The notes: generated by a model not told the origin, from the sequence alone. A DNA stretch of 64,000 nucleotides from Chrysomallon squamiferum (GCA_012295275.1 CM022665.1:19654001-19718000), one strand, 5' to 3'. Positions 1 through 14,399 are shown, counted from the first letter of the stretch. Numbers and translations are program-made.

Positions 1-3000
1 ATAATAAAATATCCCACAGATGTTACAAACCAAAAATGATGACAGTCCTGCATATTTATAACTTGTTAATGATTAACTCAAAAAACCTAGATAATTGGTA
101 AGACAAATAATCTCTCACAATTATTGTGAATTGGTCTAACATAGATGTTAGATATTGTCAACTAATTTATATTTTTATAGGTCACATTTTAACATGAAAT
201 TTCCCAGAATACACATTTTCAATGATAAACTCTAACTGTTTGTATAACAGCTAGGTGATAATTTTTCTAAGCAGGGCAGAAAAGTGAGATCAATTCTTAT
301 GAATATAAAATGTAATAAAAAGTCCCATCCATTCAAAACAAACTTTTGTATGATTCATATATAAAGTTTTGAATTACTGTTATTAATATCAAGAAATTAT
401 TTACATAATTATTTAGGCTGCCATTAAAGTTTTAAAAGCCTGGTCTAAGAAATTTAAAAAAACAACAACGAAACAACCAGGAATTTAAAGTAAAAATCTG
501 CAGAAGTATATTGGAATTCAAACTTGATCATGACTACTTTCTGTGCAAATCTCATAGGGAAGTAAATATGGAGTACAACTTCAAACAGAATCAAAAAGAT
601 TTAAATGTTTGATTGTTTATTCAAAACTACTATGCTGCTTGTTACAACATCTCACTAACTCAAATACACTACTTAAGAAAAAAACATACTTGGCAGAAAC
701 TTCAGAAAACTGCTGTTAATGTTGAAAACAGGATGAAACTGCTATGTAATCTATAATTTCATTGATGTTGTATGTCATCAGTGATTAAAATCAAGGAAAC
801 AAATTAACTTCAGTATTAAATTATGTCATCAAAAACTAGTATTTCTTTATCATATATTTATATAATAACTTGACATACGTATGTTTGGTATAGTGTGCCT
901 CATACATGTCACTTGTATGTAAGAGAAATCATTGCACAAGCAAATACTTCTTTTCCTTCCTTTGCTGTTTTATACTCCATAAAGAGACGTGTGTGCAGAT
1001 AGACTGCCTTGTAACTGCTGATATTGATGAGTTTCTCAGATTTATGCACTGGTATAAGGATCTCAAGAATCCTTGATCTAAACCAAATGTTTCTCAATAT
1101 CACTGGTGTTGGCACTGTGTATAGTTGAGCAAGTACAGCTGTAATTTCAGCAGCCATCTGGTGTGGTGATGTGATTGGAGAGAGGCTGTATGTATAGAAA
1201 TCAATTATCTGTTTGAAGGGCTCGGTTTAGTGCCTGATAATTATGTATGTATTCTCTGTGCATGACCCTGAATTAAAAAGAAATATTTTATTTATCAATT
1301 TACATTTTTAATGCATTGTACAAATGTATACATGTAACTAAGAAAAACGAGCAGAGAGGAAACCTGTCACTATGATGTATTGTTGTTTTCAACTGGCACT
1401 AAGTGATCTCATAAGCACCATAAGTCTTCAATAAATCAGTTATCATGGTATTCAATCTCTTCTTAATTTTGAATCGGATGAATAAATTATGTACATGTAC
1501 TGCAAGATGAAATCTGGAGATGAAGAGATTTCTCTAAAATTACTTAAATGCTGTGAAACCTGGTGACAAAGACCAGTTTTACTATTGATGTTTGTATAGA
1601 GAATACAGTTGTTGAATGGAAATTTTAAAAATAACTATTTATTTATTTACTTATTGTCAAATTGACATTGTTTACTGGCATGCTAAATGATTTTCTGTTA
1701 TGCATTATAATTTATTATATATTTATTATTGATTAAATCTGTTGTCAAGATTTACTGAATATACATTATATTTAGACATATTAATTACATTGCAAAGTTA
1801 GTTCCATTCTTTTTGACACATAGAGAAAATATCAATCTAAATTCAATACTGAATATATAATCACATTTAAGACAATCAGTCCTGACCCTAAGACAAATGT
1901 TTTGATAAAGTTTGATCTGTGAAGAATTGCTGGTTGGACAATTAAAAAAACAAAAACGAAAAAAAACAGTTTGCTATTTACTTACCTTTTATTTGATATT
2001 AGTTCTCCTTTCCAACCGTATCATGAATAACTGATCAAATCTGAGGTTTGTGTTTTCCTCTCTGTGCAATTTTACATGCACATTAAGAGTAGCATAATAG
2101 CGGTAGTTACAGATTTCCTTTTTTATTGTCATTATTATTATGTTATTATTATTACAGCTGAACTAATAAACAAATTCCAAAAGTTCTAGTATATAAAATA
2201 TATATATATACTAGAACAAAATCCAATTTAAAACTTTTATTGTGGAATAGAAATCTGTTTATTAGAGGTTTCAGGAGTGACATCTTACTAAACACTAAAT
2301 GTGAAAATTCTTAAGAATATGTTTATAAACTGATTTGTATCTCTGATTAACAATCCAGCCTGTCTGTCAACATGAGACAAACTAGAACACTTGTTCAAAG
2401 GAATTAATTAAGAGCTGGGTAATGTTTAGTTTTAAACAGCCAAGTAGCCCATTAAGTACATTCCAAACTGTTGATTTGGGTTCTTTCATGTAAATACAGT
2501 TTATACTGTATTATCAAAATCGTTTAGTGCTATTACAAAAATAATTATTTCATTTTATTATAAACAAGAGAAGAAACAAAATGATAAAGACTATCTCAGC
2601 CGCTTTATATAACACATGGAACAACAGTAACTGACTAATAACAGGGTAGAGTAGGGAGAAAAGCCTATCTAAAAGCAAGACATGCCATATCCTCTTTCAC
2701 GAGTACATGCAAACTGTCGAGGCCCACCCAGACTACAAAATACCACAAACATTTCATGAGAGAAATATTAAAGAAAATGAAAAAGGTCTGGGAAGGAAAA
2801 AACATAAAGAGGAAGAAGAAAGAAATGAAAAGGGAAAACCACATAGTTTTATCATGTTGAAACAGTAAAGGAACAATAACTTGATTTCACTTACCAGTTT
2901 TGTCCAGATTTGTTATTTCTAAGTCATAATCGCTATTAAACGTTTACGATTACCATTTCTCGCGATTCTGCATTCACTCTATATCTCTCTCTACTGCGGT

Positions 3001-4579
3001 AAATTCTACTACTACTACTACTAATAATAATAATTAGTTTAACCAGTTTAATATAAGACATATATTTTCATCTTACGCAGATCAATGGGGCGAGAGAAGT
3101 TTATAACGAAATGGCACAAGGCCCAACTTGCTCCTTGCCAAATGAGCATCGTGTCCTGTACTATCCTACTGCTACTTGTAATAACAACAACGATCATATT
3201 ATCTTAACAAAAACAAAAATATGTATATTTAATTTGTTTGTTGGATACTTATAATTATGAACGATTTTTCAGGTTAAAATTATTATCAGTATTTTAAAGA
3301 CAGATTTGATTTATCTATATATTCTGAAATTTGATTTCATTCCTTTAGCAAACAGACTAAAATCTGAGCTAGACCTAAGTCTAAAAAATGCGGAACATAC
3401 TAATTATTTCTTGTAGATACCAATCTATTTACTTGGAACACAAACGAGAAAAGTGAACGAAAGCAATCATGACGACTTCTGGAAGTAGACTACGGAACAA
3501 TAGCAGACTTAACAGAGTGTGAGGATGAAATGAAAAATCTGTCTTCTAAGCTTAACGCCCGTCGCTATTATTACCAGGTCCATTACACGTTTTGGCTAAA
3601 GAGTAATCATATTTCGCTGTTACTGGAACAACAAGCCAGGTCTGCGTCTCCAGAAGTGAATAGTTACTGTGCTTGCAATAAAGAATTTATCTCTAACGTC
3701 TTAGCCCACGTAATGATATTGCAGGGTTCCACAATACCATCACACGCTTATGTCGTAGTGGATTTTATATTGATATTATCAAATCTGCTTATGAAATGCA
3801 GTTGAATAATCGAGAAATGTAATAAATATGCTAATACTGCCCATACCATTTACCTTTTGATAAATGAGAAAATAGTTGTGATATAATTTCAAAACTAGAA
3901 AACATGTACACAGAAACTCATATTCAAGCAGCAAGACATTTACAACTACCTGGCTTTATATATATATATATGTTTTGCAATATAAGTAATTTATTTAATA
4001 ATATATAAAAATATAATTTAAATGCCACATGTACGTCAGTCAAGCAGATTATATTTGACGTAAGTAGCTTGTACGAAACTGTCATTTGATAACTTCATAG
4101 AACTAACATTATTCAGTGAAAGTACGTTAGTTTTAAAAGTTATATTTTATTTATATATTAACTGAATGTGAAAAAAAACAGGTTTTATGCATGCATTTAA
4201 TTTTTGTTCCATCTCCACACATGGTATGTCTTCTGATCATGCATACACTATTATTTGTCATTGTGTTTAGCTTTCGGGAAAAGTTTTCAGCGCCGATGTT
4301 GATAAATACAGACGTTAAAATCATAAGTCGTTTATAATGATGTAAGTGTTTCGTTTTAGTAAGATAAATACAAATTCGTATATCGTAAGACAAAAAAAGG
4401 TTTAAACGAATAGTATAGCAATTAATAGCGTTATAGCTTTATACACATACGCACATGCTCATATACAATTTAAGAATTATATCAAATGTTCAAGCAGCGG
4501 TTTTTATTTATACCAGTCTAATTACTTAAGACTTACAAAGTAGGGGGGGGGACGTCTGACTGACTGACTGAAAAAAATA

Positions 4580-4663
4580 ACGTGCTAATCACAGCAAGCT
4601 GATGTGAAGCACGCCTTCAACAGTCACGCTCTCTGACAAAGCCAGGGGGCGTGTCTGTCGCAT
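4580..4663. repeat. 84-bp non-coding element repeated in direct orientation at 57719-57802
   Basis: Ungapped 71/84 identity. Confidence 0.85.
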
Positions 4664-5688
4664 TGTACGGATTCGAACGACCACACATTAAATAGCCGGT
4701 CACTTGTTACTTTATTAGCTATTACTATGAATAACAGTACTAGCAAGAGACACCACAATATTAACATAATTAATTAATAACACCATCGACTGTCGTTGTT
4801 ATCATCAATATTACTACTCTCAGTCATATACTTCTGTAACAAGCACCGTTGTCATTAGTATGTAATGTAAATACTATAATTCTTTTTTCAATATTTTATT
4901 TCAGTTTGGATATCGATTTCATATACATTATACTAGTTTTTGATTAGACAACTTCAGAAGAGATAAAATAAAGACCAGTTTTAATATTGGGTCTGTTAAT
5001 AAATATCTGATGTGGTGATCTGAAATGCGAGTTCAGAATATGTTCAGTTACACTTAAAAAATGACCATTTAAGGAATTTAAAATGTTAAATTCATTTAAA
5101 CAGTCGGAGCAAATCTTTGATCGGAAAATTTCTAAATCTTCAGGTGATCACAGAAGAAGTTGAAGATATGTAGAAGATATCAACATGTTTGTTATCGTCT
5201 TTATAGTATGATATTTAACAGTATTTGATACCATATTCGAACTTCCTTTAATAATAGTCCTAGTAGAAACCGCAATAGATAATTCAATTAATTATTAAAA
5301 TTATGGTGTTATTGATCGCGCAAGAACTGGATAATTTATGTTTAATGTTATCATTTCCCTTATTCGGCTATAAGAATTTTTTTTTAATTATTATTATTAA
5401 AAAAAAAAAAAATTCAGTCTATGTCGGTTAATAATAAATGAGAACTATAAGATATAAAGCATGGATATCGTTAATCTTCATGTAATCTTCCTACTGAAAA
5501 GACAGTGAGACGAGACAATGTGTGTTGGGAAGAGATAATACTGTGATGTCAGATAACAGATGAGAACGGTTTTGAATGCAATTAATTAATATATATTTTA
5601 AACATTTATTCCACATAACTTAAGAAAATAAAAAAATATAAATTTACGTTCACAAAAATTTACCAATATCACTTCGTACTGCCAGAGG

Positions 5689-5723
<35 letters not shown>

Positions 5724-5764
5724 GTTATTTTACTTGGTCACATGAAACTGGCCTTACTCAAAAC

Positions 5765-6140
5765 AGAGAGAAAACGTTTTAGAAACTCTCATTATGAAAT
5801 TTAAAATTGTTTTTCAGAACTGAGTGCACATGTTTTAAAACTTTCTCAAATATATGAGAAAACATTTTAAATAATTTTCAGAAAAGAGAAAATATTTTAT
5901 ACTCTTATTTTCAGATGTGGCAGTACAATTTAAAACTGCTTGTCAGAAGACAGAAAATACATTTCAAAATTCTTACCTTCAAGAAATGCGAGAATACGTT
6001 TTAAACTGTCAGAACTATGGCAGTGTTTAATCCGAAACATGTTTAAGCTGTTATTCAGAAAAAAAGACTATACATTTTTAAATTCTTAAACTTAAATGAG
6101 TAAAAACATTTCCAAGTGAGAAAACACATTCTGAAACACC
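5765..6140. repeat. Degenerate minisatellite, ~30-bp unit
   Basis: Recurring gagaaaaca-ttttaaaact..ttcagaa unit, about a dozen imperfect copies. Confidence 0.65.
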
Positions 6141-6847
6141 TATCTGGAAAGATAAAATTCAGGGGAAAAAACCCCCGAAAAAAACAAACAATGAAATTAC
6201 CATTGCTGAGTACCTCGTTATTGGAACATAACATCTGAATATAATTTTATTATCTTACATTTTAACTTGGTTTTGTTTATGAACTGTCGAAAATGTCTGT
6301 AACCTTTGCTTGTGACAGTTTAAATCGTTCTGAGAAAACTAAGTATTTTTTTTTTCCTTAACAGACATTAGAAATTCTAACATCAAATACCTAACACTCT
6401 CTAGAGAATATTTTTGCATTAAGTTACGCTTTTTATCGCTCAGTTGTCTGCATTCAAACAATTAATACATATCTGAAATATGATTTTGAATGTCCCATCG
6501 AAACACAAGATTATTTGAGTTTAAAGATTGTCACTTATTTGCAATGTTTGTCTTTACAGAACAATTTCTGAATGATATTTAAAATAATTAAAAGTGACAA
6601 GTGATGCACTTGGGTTGTGTTAATTTGACGAAAATGTCTTTTATCACGTCTTTAAAGTTCTCTGAAGTCTATAACAACAAATTACTGGTTGGTTCTTCGA
6701 TAATGTGTCAGTGGCGAAAAGTTATTCCTTGTATAAACGTGCAGTGCACAAAACGTTGATTCGATTTTAATTTTTGACAATGTATCTTGTACAAAAACAT
6801 TTATATATGTTAGACAGTAAGCTAAATTACTTCACCATAAATAAATA

Positions 6848-7030
6848 CAGGAACCGAACCATTTGTGCAGCTTTCAGAAATGCAGAAAACCTGCGATTTT
6901 TGAATAAGGTGCGCTTTGTTTCTGTTTCCTTCACGCCAATTCAAGTGAGAGTGTTGCTATTTTAAATAAAGGTTTAAGAAATCCGGACCATATCCAGTCC
7001 CAGCTTGCCGGATAAATAGTTCGGTATCTG
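6848..7030. mobile_element. Tc1-mariner/Tigger-type MITE (~183 bp)
   Basis: TA|CAGGAACCGAACCATTTGTGCAGC ... GCCGGATAAATAGTTCGGTATCTG|TA: imperfect terminal inverted repeats (18/24) flanked by TA. Confidence 0.65.
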
Positions 7031-7064
7031 TATTAGGAAACAACTTTTTATCTTTATTTTGTTT

Positions 7065-7096
<32 letters not shown>

Positions 7097-7395
7097 TGTA
7101 AAATGTTAATATTTACTGTTATCACTAAAAATGGATGGTTTGTTTTGTTTTGTTTTTTTAATTTAATGCATCCGAACAAACAATTATGTGTTCCAACAAA
7201 ATGCAGTCTACGTAATACCATTCGTATGATGATTCAATGAAATATTTCGGCTGTAATTAGAAACCAGTGCATTTGTTAATGAATATTTTATCGAATTCCT
7301 ATTTTCTACAATCAGATACGAAAATCCCACTGCTTGTTATCAACTGGCCTAACATTTCTTTCTTTGTTTCGACTTGGTCTTCTGACTAAGAAGAT

Positions 7396-7445
<50 letters not shown>

Positions 7446-9759
7446 GTAGATAAATAAATAAATAAAATGAAATGAAATAAAAGAAAAAAAGGAAAAAAAC
7501 AAAAAAAAGAAAGAAAGATTAATCTTATAATGTTAATTTATAGTTGACAGTTTCGCGTTTTTGAAATTTTTATGAAATAACGAAACAGAAATAGAGCTGC
7601 AATATGTGAAATATAAAATACGATCAGATATCCAGATAGACAATCAGACTAACATGTACACAGACCTGCAGACATAACAAAATAAAAAAAATAAAAATTA
7701 ATTACTGAACTATACCGAAACTTTTCTTATTACCTATTTTTGTATACACATGCAGAAAATTCATTACCATGTTCAACTTTTAATCTTGGGCTGTGTTGTT
7801 TAGCCCACAAACTACTTCCAGCATGAAAATGTAATCAGTTTTATTTATTACTTTTTTTAAGAGCAGTTCACTGATGGCAACATTTTCAATAAGTACCAGA
7901 TGGTTGTTATAGGTCCTTTAGCAGCAGAGTAAATCATAAAGCAAGTAATATGCCCAACCATCTCTGCTAGCAGACTGCTTGTGTGTTACAACCTATTATG
8001 AAAATAATTATGTATAACATACTCATACGGAGAAATTCTTTTTTAAATTACGCAATTAAATTTGGCCAAAGTTGCCAAATTACATAAAAACACATAACAT
8101 CATCCTTTAGTCATTTTCATCTTGTAAAGCGTAATTATTTTATGTAACAAAAAAAACCTCAAATTAAACTACATTTTGTTAAAAGAAATATGGTTTTCAA
8201 TTCAATTTTTGGTATAAACGTATAAATGTATATATATATATAAAAAAAAAAAACACTTCCTTACCAAATTTATCCAAAAAATATATAAGAAAATATCAAA
8301 AATCAGTCATAAACCAAAACAAATGAACAGACTAATAGCTGCTTGTTTTGAAATTATTATTAAAAGACTCTCCTCTCTAAGAAATCTAGTAAATTTAAAA
8401 GTTATAATAAATTTTAAAAAGTTAAAGAAATAAAAATGAGACAGTATTCAAATTTGTCAGTAAATCATTAGAATCATTATATCAGTATATAATAAAACTT
8501 ACATTACTTGTAAAATGGACACTTTACTGTTCAATTTATATATAACAATAATCTTAATGGAAACAAACACGTAAAATATAATTTTATGATTTCGTTTGTT
8601 TGTTGTTTTGCGTATGTGTATATAAATATATATATATATACACACACGCACACATACACACACACACACACGCACACATACACACACGCAATTTGATGAT
8701 AAAGTATATTATATTTGGTGCCAAGGATATTAGTTGCAGATCAGTACTGTATTTTAAAAATTTTGATCAACATTATTGCACCTCTGTTCAGACAAAAATG
8801 TATTTGTAATTTTCTATCGATGCATAAAATATCATTATTATCTAATAAACATAGATTCAGATGGTGAGTTAAACTTGTTTTTCATCTTTTCTTAAGAAGA
8901 AGAAGAAGATTACTAAATCATGATCGGCTATCCGACAAATATCATGTTTGGGTTGTTGTTGTTTTTTTTGTTGACTTTTAAACGATCCTAAGCTAATCTG
9001 TCTTAAATAACAGATCTGTAATCTTACTCAGAAAGCTATCTTTGATAAAGAAAAATCATCTGAAACGCCCGTTTTAGCGCAGTTTGATAGACAAAAGTCA
9101 GCATTTCAACGAGATATGGTTACACGAGCAAAAATACTTCGAGAAAAATTTTTATCAATAAAATCCTGTGATAAATTGCCGTATTGATCTCTAAACCCTA
9201 TCATGAAAACCAAAATGAAAATTTCTTCATGGGTTTAATTATTACGCTCGCGTGAAGATACATTCACGCCAAAAAGCGTAATTAAACACGAAAGGAGCAA
9301 ACAACGCGATGTTTGGCTGACATCAAATAGCTGAGATATGCATTTGAATACCAGACACTCCGTTCACTTGAAATAGCTGTGGCTGAATTACGGTTTCCTA
9401 ATTTTCCGTCAAAGTATTTTTGTCTAGCAGTGGAGCAGTCACCATATTTGCTTAACAAAAATACTTTATTTCATACTGACAGCCCATATTGTTCACATTC
9501 AACACGCTGGACCAAGTGGAGCCGTAGTATTATGAATTACAATCAAAAATGTATTTGAGCATGTAAGTTTGAACAGTTACCGCAAACCTAAAAACTTTTT
9601 ATTTATATATTTATTTTTTTTTTATTTTATTTTTTTTTTTTTTTTTTTTATTATTTTTTTAAACTTATATAGTGGTATAGTTTTCAAATAAAATAATTTA
9701 TTATGCAATTTTATATTATTTTTTTTTTTAAGTATATTTAATGTATGGTTTACTAACAA

Positions 9760-10185
9760 CTGCATACATCTGTAATGTTTCAATGAACTGACATCCTGTA
9801 TCAGCACAGCTTTTACTAATTAATTAATTAACACACTGAATGAACAAATTATTAATGTCCTGTACGAACAGATTTGTTATGAATTCATTTATACGAAGAA
9901 TAAACACATCTATAATGAATTCACGAACTGACATACTGCATAAACAAGTCTGTTTCTAAGTCATGAATTGACATAGTGCTTGAAAACGTACGTCATTAAG
10001 TGGTGAACTGCTCTAAAACGTCTTTCACGAAGTCATGAACTAACCTACTGCTTGGAGGCGTCTGCCATTAAGTCATAACTGCATGAACATACCTGTTACT
10101 AATTCTTGAACCGAGAGACCGCATGAAACACTCTATCATTATTAAATCATGAACTGATATATTCCATGAATATGTATGTTGTTAA
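9760..10185. repeat. Degenerate minisatellite, ~40-bp unit
   Basis: Consensus-like tcatgaactgacatactgcatgaaca.gtctgttactaag with unit starts at 9921, 9961, 10001 and ~10033. Confidence 0.75.
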
Positions 10186-11023
10186 TTAGCGATTCACGTT
10201 CAGTCTCTTGCTTTATTAGTGAATGGAAACTATATGGTTGTGATAACCTATACTTTTACAACATAAACGACTTTCATATAATTTTAAATATTTAGAAACA
10301 TCATAATTAATTGTTATTCATCATGCGAACATTTTTTTTTTTTTTTTTTTTTACAGACAGTCGTTTAGTTCTTAGAGTTTAAACAAAATTTAAAAATAAT
10401 AATAAAAAATATTTCTCGAATAAGTGGAACCAGCTATGGTTGCATATTTTTATCGTTTTTTTCAGTTTTATTACGAGAGCGACGTATATAAAATATTTGA
10501 AGAATACTGGCAGCTCGATGTTTACGAGTAGCCATCTGTGACCGAGACAGATATTTTACCCTTTGCTCAAAAAGTCGAGGCCAATCCCTTTTAATACGAA
10601 AGTTTATGTGTAAAGGGGAAAATCATAGACTACGTTGCAGTTCTACTTTAATTATTGGAGAAAAAAAAAAAAAAAAAGAAAGAAAGGAAAAAAAAGAAAG
10701 ACAGAAAGATAGAAAAGAAGAAAAAAGTATATGAAAGAAATGAAAGAAATAACTAAAAGCTTTTTTTCAACGAAAAAGAAAGCCAATTAAAATGTCCAAA
10801 GGCAAAACATCTTCTTTCAGAAGGATGTTGACGGTTATCAGCAGTAAAAACATCACACACCATCTGTGTTCAAAGAATAACACATGCAATTTATTTTTGA
10901 CTCTTCGCCAGTTTGTCCAGAAGTAGTCTTTTTGACCTAAATGTGAATCAGTGATCTGAGTAGATTCATAGACTACAAGGTATCGAAAAAGTTTAACTTG
11001 TTTTATATAATCATTAAAGATGG

Positions 11024-11061
<38 letters not shown>

Positions 11062-11202
11062 GGCTATTTCTTTAATGTTAGATATTTTTATTATTAATGT
11101 TACTGTTAATAAGTTTTTCGAATAATTCTTGTATAATTATTAATTACGCCAAAATTGATTGTATTACGTTGTAGACGTGCCACCTGCGGACTGAGCTGTT
11201 GT

Positions 11203-11233
11203 GTAGTAGTAGTAGTAGTAGTAGTAATAACAA

Positions 11234-11305
<72 letters not shown>

Positions 11306-11370
11306 CAACAGCAACAACAACAACAACAATAATAATAATTAATTATTATTATTATTATTATTATTATTAA
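11203..11370. repeat. Compound trinucleotide microsatellite (GTA)n-(CAA/CAG)n-(AAT)n-(ATT)n
   Basis: Direct reading. Confidence 0.95.
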
Positions 11371-11394
11371 ATCTGGGTTAAATTCATGGCATCT

Positions 11395-11600
11395 GATTTC
11401 CCTTTCTTTATTGTTTGTTTTGACAATCACTTTATAATCAGGTAGGTAATTAGTAGTGTGCTCAGCCATGTTTTCTCTTGTTTTTAGTCTTTTGTTTGGA
11501 GAATTCCGTCCAGAATGATAAACAATCGTCTAACTTTGCCTTGTTTTAAATAAGCAAAGTGATAATTGGCCTCAAACTAGGAAAATGTTGATGATGATAA
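11395..11600. repeat. Diverged inverted repeat of 51215-51420
   Basis: The reverse complement shares attttccta, ttatca.tttgctta.tt.aaac, tctccaaaca, tggctgagcac and tgatta.aaa.tgatt.tcaaaa in the same order. Confidence 0.75.
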
Positions 11601-11988
11601 TAATAATAATAATAATAACAATAAACATAAAACAACAACAGTAAAACTACTACTATTACTAAAACTACTACTACTTCTACTAATACCAACAACAACAACA
11701 ACAAGCAATAATAAAAACAATAATGCGAACCGAATTATTAAATTATTAAATCTGAGACAGATCGATTATGATTTCAGTTGAAATTATTTATTATTTGTCC
11801 ACGAAGAGAATTTGACTTGAAAAATAAAAAAAAAAAAAAAAAAAAAAAATGGAGGTCTAATTTATGTGTTATTATGATCATTATCATTATCATCATAATT
11901 ATCGTTAGCACCATAATCACCATCACAATCATCATCATCATATTATTATTATTATTTTATTATTATTATTATTTTATTATTATTTTTA

Positions 11989-12047
<59 letters not shown>

Positions 12048-14399
12048 GTATAAGATACAACGGCAACACATCTGAGTTTTAATACGTAACAGTTAAAGGA
12101 TGAAGTTTTCTCTTCCCAAATTATCAAACCCTGAGTTCAGGTTAGTAAATTTATTAAAAACATTTTGAACACAGAAATCGTCTATCGTTTGAAATGCAAA
12201 CTTTTTCTTGAGTTTTATATTGTCCTAAAGGCAGGTGCTGATTTAATTTTCTTTTACTGATTGCAAATTACAGATCCTTAGAGACCTATTGGCGAGGAAA
12301 AGTCAACAGCCCACAGTATTAGTAATGGGCATTAGAAAACAAGCAACCTCGAGTGACAGAAGGAGACATCCATTGGATAATTCGTTTTTCTTAGAGAGGT
12401 GAGGTGCTGAAAGCTCACTGATAGGAGAAAGTTATCAGCTTAGACTTGTCAAGCGTTAAACCAAACATACAATGATGAGAAAACGAAGACAGATATTGAT
12501 CACATCCTAGTTATCCAACGTTTGATTCGTCTTGATACAGATCTTTAAAATCTGTTAACTTTGATGTCTACAAACTTTAATGTAAATAAATAACTACAAG
12601 TGTTAAATCAATAACTTTTGTTGATTTGAAAACTACGTCATGAAACTGCTGCTAGTAGAGACCTCTGGTACTAGCTGGTAATTCAGTGATACTGTAATTA
12701 ATGTTAGTCACTTACTAAAAAGATTTTACCAAAAGCAGATACTGCGCTGGATTATTCTCTGTGGATCCTTTTTTTCTGATTAATAAAATCACGACTAGAT
12801 TTTCATTTCTGAATTTTAATAACAGACGTACACGAGATAAGCGCCAGTTCTAAAATTGCTTTCAGAAACTACTTAAAAAATAAGGCATCAATTAAACGCC
12901 ATTACTTTTTATAACTGATTAGGGATGTGTGTTTTCTACCAGTGAATTACTGAACGCACTTTGAGAAGTCATTTAATTTCTACTTATAAATCCTTATATA
13001 GTCAGTAACATGTATTACAAAAATAAAATATCTTTCATCTGTTCATTAATTTTATTTTACCAACATTTCCAAATCATTAAATAGTGCTTCATAAACATTA
13101 TTTAACTAGTGACATAAGCAGTTCCACTGCTATAAAAATGTGTGAGAAAGATGTAAGGGTCGCCCTGTTCGGAAGTAGTATTCAGAAGCCAGTAAAAAAC
13201 TATATTGACCAAAACAAGCGTCGATTAAACATCTTTACTTTTCCTTCATGATTGATTAAAAACGTGCGGTTCGGTTCTGCACCAAGCCAGAGTCTGCCAA
13301 TAATGGCCACAGTGCAAGATCTATTCCAAGAATTCATCATTATCATAAATACATATATTTTGACAGCCATTTTCATTCACCAAAAAAGTTAATCTTATTT
13401 CACTTAAAATTAAAATATTGTGTTACAGGATCTGCACTGCCTAAATACAACTCATTTTATTTTTGTGAAATCATAATTATTCACCTTTTTATTGGTTCCA
13501 CGAAAATGAGCTACAGTTCTATAAATGTCTTTCGATATAGTTCTAATTCAGAAAAGTCATCGACGATTAAGATTTCAAATAATTATTGGTATTTAGACAA
13601 ACCATGATACAAAATAATGTACGGTTATACTTTCTTATATCAGCGCGGGTGTGTTTTATGGACTCCGTTGTTAATGTACTCAATAATACAGTAATAATCA
13701 TACAAATTTTGATTAGCCGCAAAACTAATGAGAAAAATCTTTGCTACTATTTTATGCTGTAATTATGGAATCACTATTAATTTGTGGTAAGCAGTCATTA
13801 TATGTTCACTGTTCATTATAGCATCGAAAATGTGCATTATTAAACTAAACTGTTAGCGTAAAATGAATACTTCAGATTTCTTAAAGCTAGTTAACAAATA
13901 GAAAATATATAATTTATTGATACAATTACTCATTTAGTAATGTTTTCATGATCACTTTAGTATTTCGTTATCTCTCGCTCCTTCTCTCAGTGTGTGCATG
14001 TGTTTGTGTGTGCGTGCATGCGTGATTATATGTACGTATGCAATTGACAGTGTATATCTGAATATATACGTATGTATGAAAGAGAGGGAGAGAGAGTGTG
14101 TGTGTGTGTTCAGCTACCTTCACTGACTGCTATCAAGAATAAAATCAGCCTGTTGGTTTCTCATTATTGTAATTTGTGCATATTTTTCTTACTAAGAATG
14201 TGTTAGTATACTTGTGTATGATTATGTGTATGGTACGGTATATATGTGTATATGTGTGTGACGTGGAGAAGAATAGTGAAAATAAAAATCTTGTGATTAA
14301 ATTGGATATCTGGAATTTTTTCGTTTGGCAATTAGTCGAAAAAAAAAGCTGTTATTTCTGGAGAGGAACTCATGAATATATTTTTCGCTGAGCATCTCG

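Noticed and set aside
700-835. Possible C/D-box snoRNA on the minus strand
   Set aside because: The C-box candidates are CTGATGA and TTGATGA rather than RTGATGA, and no terminal stem or guide sequence was evident.
3530-3805. 91-aa ORF, and the 82-aa ORF at 909-1157
   Set aside because: No recognisable domain and no coherent spliced CDS could be built.
5765-10185. Regularly spaced repeats considered as CRISPR-like arrays
   Set aside because: Eukaryotic context, no invariant repeat with unique spacers, and no cas genes; these are degenerate minisatellites.
11144-12053. Poly-L/C/A/I/Q ORFs
   Set aside because: Translations of trinucleotide microsatellites with no exon context.
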